Shown here piece after piece: positions 61,234-64,000 of a DNA stretch of 64,000 bases. The stretch spans positions 2,752,001 to 2,816,000 of the forward strand of contig OZ271854.1 in assembly GCA_965601925.1 (NCBI GenBank), given 5' to 3'. The notes under the pieces are model-generated. The model saw nothing but the letters and a program-made list of their open reading frames with translations. It made no database searches and was not told the origin of the DNA. Source of the DNA: Alkalispirochaeta sp. (GTDB taxonomy: Bacteria; Spirochaetota; Spirochaetia; DSM-27196; Alkalispirochaetaceae). Made by a program: the position numbers and the translations under genes. Positions within the stretch are counted from its first letter, which is position 1. The number at the start of each line of letters is the position of its first letter.

Positions 61234-61271
61234 CTAAATCGGTTTACATACGTGTGCGGCGGCGCTACACT
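61234..61271 (+). promoter_or_regulatory. MFS promoter with a LacI-type operator over the -35
   Basis: CTAAATCGGTTTAC overlapping TTTACA-N17-TACACT-N7-ATG. Confidence 0.6.
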
Positions 61272-61278
61272 GCGCGTT

Positions 61279-62478
61279 ATGACGACCGAGCGCCGAGACC
61301 GTCGCCTCCTCCTCGCCCTGAGCTTTTTGGCCTTCGTCAGTCTCGGCCTGCCCGACGGTCTCCTCGGTGTAGCGTGGCCCTCGATCGCCCGTACCTTTTG
61401 GCGTCCCTTGAGCCGTCTTGCCTTGCTACAGCTCGCCGCCACGGCCGGCTTCTTCATTTCGAGTACCAACGCGGGGCGTCTGATACGCCTTCTCGGAGTG
61501 GGAAAACTCCTAATCGCCAGTAACGTCTTCGTGCTGGTCGGGATCATGTCTCTCTCGTTCGCGGAACGGTGGCCGTTTATCGTCGCCGCGATGACGGTAA
61601 TGGGTGCCGGCGGCGGCGCGATCGATGCCGGGCTCAATGCATACTCTGCCGAGCGGTTCTCCAAGGAGCATGTAACGCTGCTCCACGCCTTCTACGGCTT
61701 CGGCGCGATGATCGGGCCTCTGATAATGCGTCACGTGCTGCGGATCGGTGCACCGTGGCAAGTCGGCTACCGCGTCACTATGGGGATGATCGGTGCGCTC
61801 CTGGTGCTTTTTGTCGTTTCTCGGAAACGGTGGACCGACGGGGCCTCCGTCGCGGCGCGCCGATCGGGCGACCCGGACGTCGGAACCGCGCTATCCGAAG
61901 GGACGCTCCGCATCAAACGCTTCGTCGGGATCGCGCTCTTTCTTATCTACACCGGGCTCGAGGTCACCGCAGGCGCGTGGACCTTCACATGGCTTACCGC
62001 CGGCCGCGCAGTGGCGGAGGAGAGCGCCGCTTTGTGGGTCGGGGTGTACTGGATCGCGCTCACCGTCGGGCGTCTCTTCTTCGGCTTTGTCGGACGGAGG
62101 TGGCACACGCGCTCGATTCTGTCGGCAATGATCGCCGTCGTCGTATGCGGTGCGTTACTCTTCCTGCAACCGTGGTCCCAAAGCGCGACTTTGGCGGCGT
62201 TGCCGGTTATCGGGTTCGCCTGCGCACCGCTGTTTCCTCTGTTCGTGAGTTATACGCGAACCGTCGTCGGACCCCACCGCGCGACGACCGCGATCGGCCG
62301 CCAGGTGGCGGCAGCAAGTGTCGGCTCGGCCTTGGTTCCGCTGGCCGTCGGCCTCAGTGTCGATGCGATCTCCTTAGCGGCGATACCGGTCGCGTTGGTA
62401 GTGTTCGCCGTTCTTCTTGCGGCGCTATACATAACGTGGAAGAGCGGGGTATCGCGGGAGATCGTCGAGACGACATAA
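61279..62478 (+). CDS. MFS transporter (fucose/glucose permease-like)
   Basis: AFVSLGLPDGLLGVAWP, GGAIDAGLN, LHAFYGFGA..GP, about 12 TM segments. Confidence 0.9.
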   Translation: MTTERRDRRLLLALSFLAFVSLGLPDGLLGVAWPSIARTFWRPLSRLALLQLAATAGFFISSTNAGRLIRLLGVGKLLIASNVFVLVGIMSLSFAERWPFIVAAMTVMGAGGGAIDAGLNAYSAERFSKEHVTLLHAFYGFGAMIGPLIMRHVLRIGAPWQVGYRVTMGMIGALLVLFVVSRKRWTDGASVAARRSGDPDVGTALSEGTLRIKRFVGIALFLIYTGLEVTAGAWTFTWLTAGRAVAEESAALWVGVYWIALTVGRLFFGFVGRRWHTRSILSAMIAVVVCGALLFLQPWSQSATLAALPVIGFACAPLFPLFVSYTRTVVGPHRATTAIGRQVAAASVGSALVPLAVGLSVDAISLAAIPVALVVFAVLLAALYITWKSGVSREIVETT

Positions 62479-62621
62479 CGGAGGGCGAGTCGGACGGACT
62501 GCGCGATCGCGTCTCCGCGTAGCTGCGACCCGCGGCGGGGGCGCCCGGCGTACGAGAGACGCGACGTGCATGGATTACGTCGGTTTCTCGCGGCCGACGG
62601 GTATGAGTCGGGAGAGACGCC

Positions 62622-63989
62622 TCAGCGTTCCCAGATTTCCGTTCGTGGATTGAACTGACTCCAGGCGAACCAAAACGCCTCATGGGCCGCCGCATCCGTC
62701 TCGCCGATGAACGCGCGTACGCCGCCGCCGTCAAGCTGCAGGCGAACTCCTCTGAGCTCTACGGACTCGCCGTCCCTCAGTGCAAGCGCCGCGTTGGCCA
62801 CCGGGAAGGCGACCGGCGTCCCGTCGGCGGCCCGTACGCCTAATACCAACTCCTGGATAGGAAGTCGTTGGTCGACGTCGCCCACCGGGAAGATCGGCCC
62901 GTGATCGTCGCGCCCCCTCAAGGGGTCGAGCGGATACACCGTGCCGGGGACGCCGCCGTCTCCGGCGATGATGGTCGTCTCGGGATGCGCCTCTTTCCAT
63001 TCCTCCCACGTCGAGGTGACCACGGACGCCTGGTTGAGCCGGACTTCGGCGTCGAGTAAAGGCCCCGACAGCGCTCTGCCGGTGAAGGTGTCTACGGCGG
63101 ACCATGTGCTGATGTCGTACATGAACTTGTTCGACCGCGACAGGAGCCCGGAGGTCCGAAGGACCGGCTGAAATCCTTCGACATCGTCGGTGTAGTAAAC
63201 TTGGGCCGCACCGCAGAGCGTACAGTAGGGCATCGCGATGCGCCGTCCGCCGAGCGTGTCGTTTACCATTTCGTGGACTTGCATGATGTTCTTGGGGTAG
63301 GCTCGCGCCTCGCCGTTGATCACCACTCCGAATACCAACGCGTCGTCCGGGTACCAACTGCCGCCCATTGCGCTCGTCACCGGCGGGTCGTCGAGAGCCG
63401 GAATACAGCGGATGCAGCGTCTGCCGGGACTCGCATCGAGGCGGTCGTCGATCAGCACGCCTCCCCATTCGACCAAGCGCCAATCTATGATCGATGTCTC
63501 GTCGTCGAAAAACGGAGCCCACCTCGGCTCGATGAGTGTGAGAACGTCTCGCTTAATCTCCCGGTAGCCCGGAGGAGCGCTCAAGTCCCATGCGATCAGG
63601 TGGTCGGCGACCTCGTTGTTGCGCTCTCGCGGCAAGACCGTTCCGGTGAGGGACTCGAAGGCTGCGACGATCTCCTCGCGATCGGCCGCCCGGGAGAATC
63701 GCATCAGATCGTTAAGAAACCACAGTACGCGAGGGTCGCCTGACCGTCCGAGAACGGCCACCGCGTCGCGATCGATATCGCCGAGCCGCAACCCGTCGAC
63801 GATGCTCTGCATCGCCTCGTTCGCCTCGTCGGCGAGGGGTCCGCTCGGAACCTCCGGAGCCTCGGGAAAGCGTTGACCGTAGCTGCCGACGAGCCCGCCG
63901 GTCGAGGAATCTGACGCGCGTTCGCCGGACTCCGGTGTCCCGGCGCAGGCAACAAGAGAGATGACGATTGTTACGATGACCAATCCCAA
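62622..63989 (-). CDS. DUF3179-domain lipoprotein (5' end may lie outside the window)
   Basis: IPALDDP, ARAYP, HEMVND, YCTLCG, TSGLL..SN..MYD, FWFAW; lipobox LVAC. Confidence 0.82.
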   Translation of the reverse strand: MGLVIVTIVISLVACAGTPESGERASDSSTGGLVGSYGQRFPEAPEVPSGPLADEANEAMQSIVDGLRLGDIDRDAVAVLGRSGDPRVLWFLNDLMRFSRAADREEIVAAFESLTGTVLPRERNNEVADHLIAWDLSAPPGYREIKRDVLTLIEPRWAPFFDDETSIIDWRLVEWGGVLIDDRLDASPGRRCIRCIPALDDPPVTSAMGGSWYPDDALVFGVVINGEARAYPKNIMQVHEMVNDTLGGRRIAMPYCTLCGAAQVYYTDDVEGFQPVLRTSGLLSRSNKFMYDISTWSAVDTFTGRALSGPLLDAEVRLNQASVVTSTWEEWKEAHPETTIIAGDGGVPGTVYPLDPLRGRDDHGPIFPVGDVDQRLPIQELVLGVRAADGTPVAFPVANAALALRDGESVELRGVRLQLDGGGVRAFIGETDAAAHEAFWFAWSQFNPRTEIWER

Positions 63990-64000
63990 CGGTATACGAG

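Overview
Gene-dense, GC-rich bacterial chromosomal segment, most consistent with a free-living saccharolytic spirochaete (Spirochaetales). This placement is inferred from 'FA(A)GGxxE' signal peptides on binding proteins, DUF5312- and DUF3996-like proteins, and a clade-X PFK. About 53 CDS were found: sugar and glycogen metabolism (galK, glgP, galE, pfk, pgi, sugar ABC system, MsmX-type ATPase, two LacI regulators, MFS), fhs, crtI, hom, three PLP enzymes, cheD with a soluble MCP-like protein, hflX, ogt, and an iron-related block (feoABC, pflBA, Fe3+ ABC). No rRNA, tRNA, CRISPR array, transposase or integrase was recognised. Main observations: (1) a DtxR/MntR-type TTAG-N6-CTAA box upstream of feo, the Fe3+ ABC operon and pflBA, suggesting an iron-sparing pyruvate switch; (2) a ParB-like gene coupled to a non-canonical SPL-family radical SAM gene; (3) an unannotated structured ~200-nt transcript or sORF between pfk and pgi; (4) many apparently leaderless promoters; (5) an MCP/CheZ-motif hybrid; (6) an AT-rich triple hairpin before a lacI gene. 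All family calls come from motif recognition by eye, not database searches.
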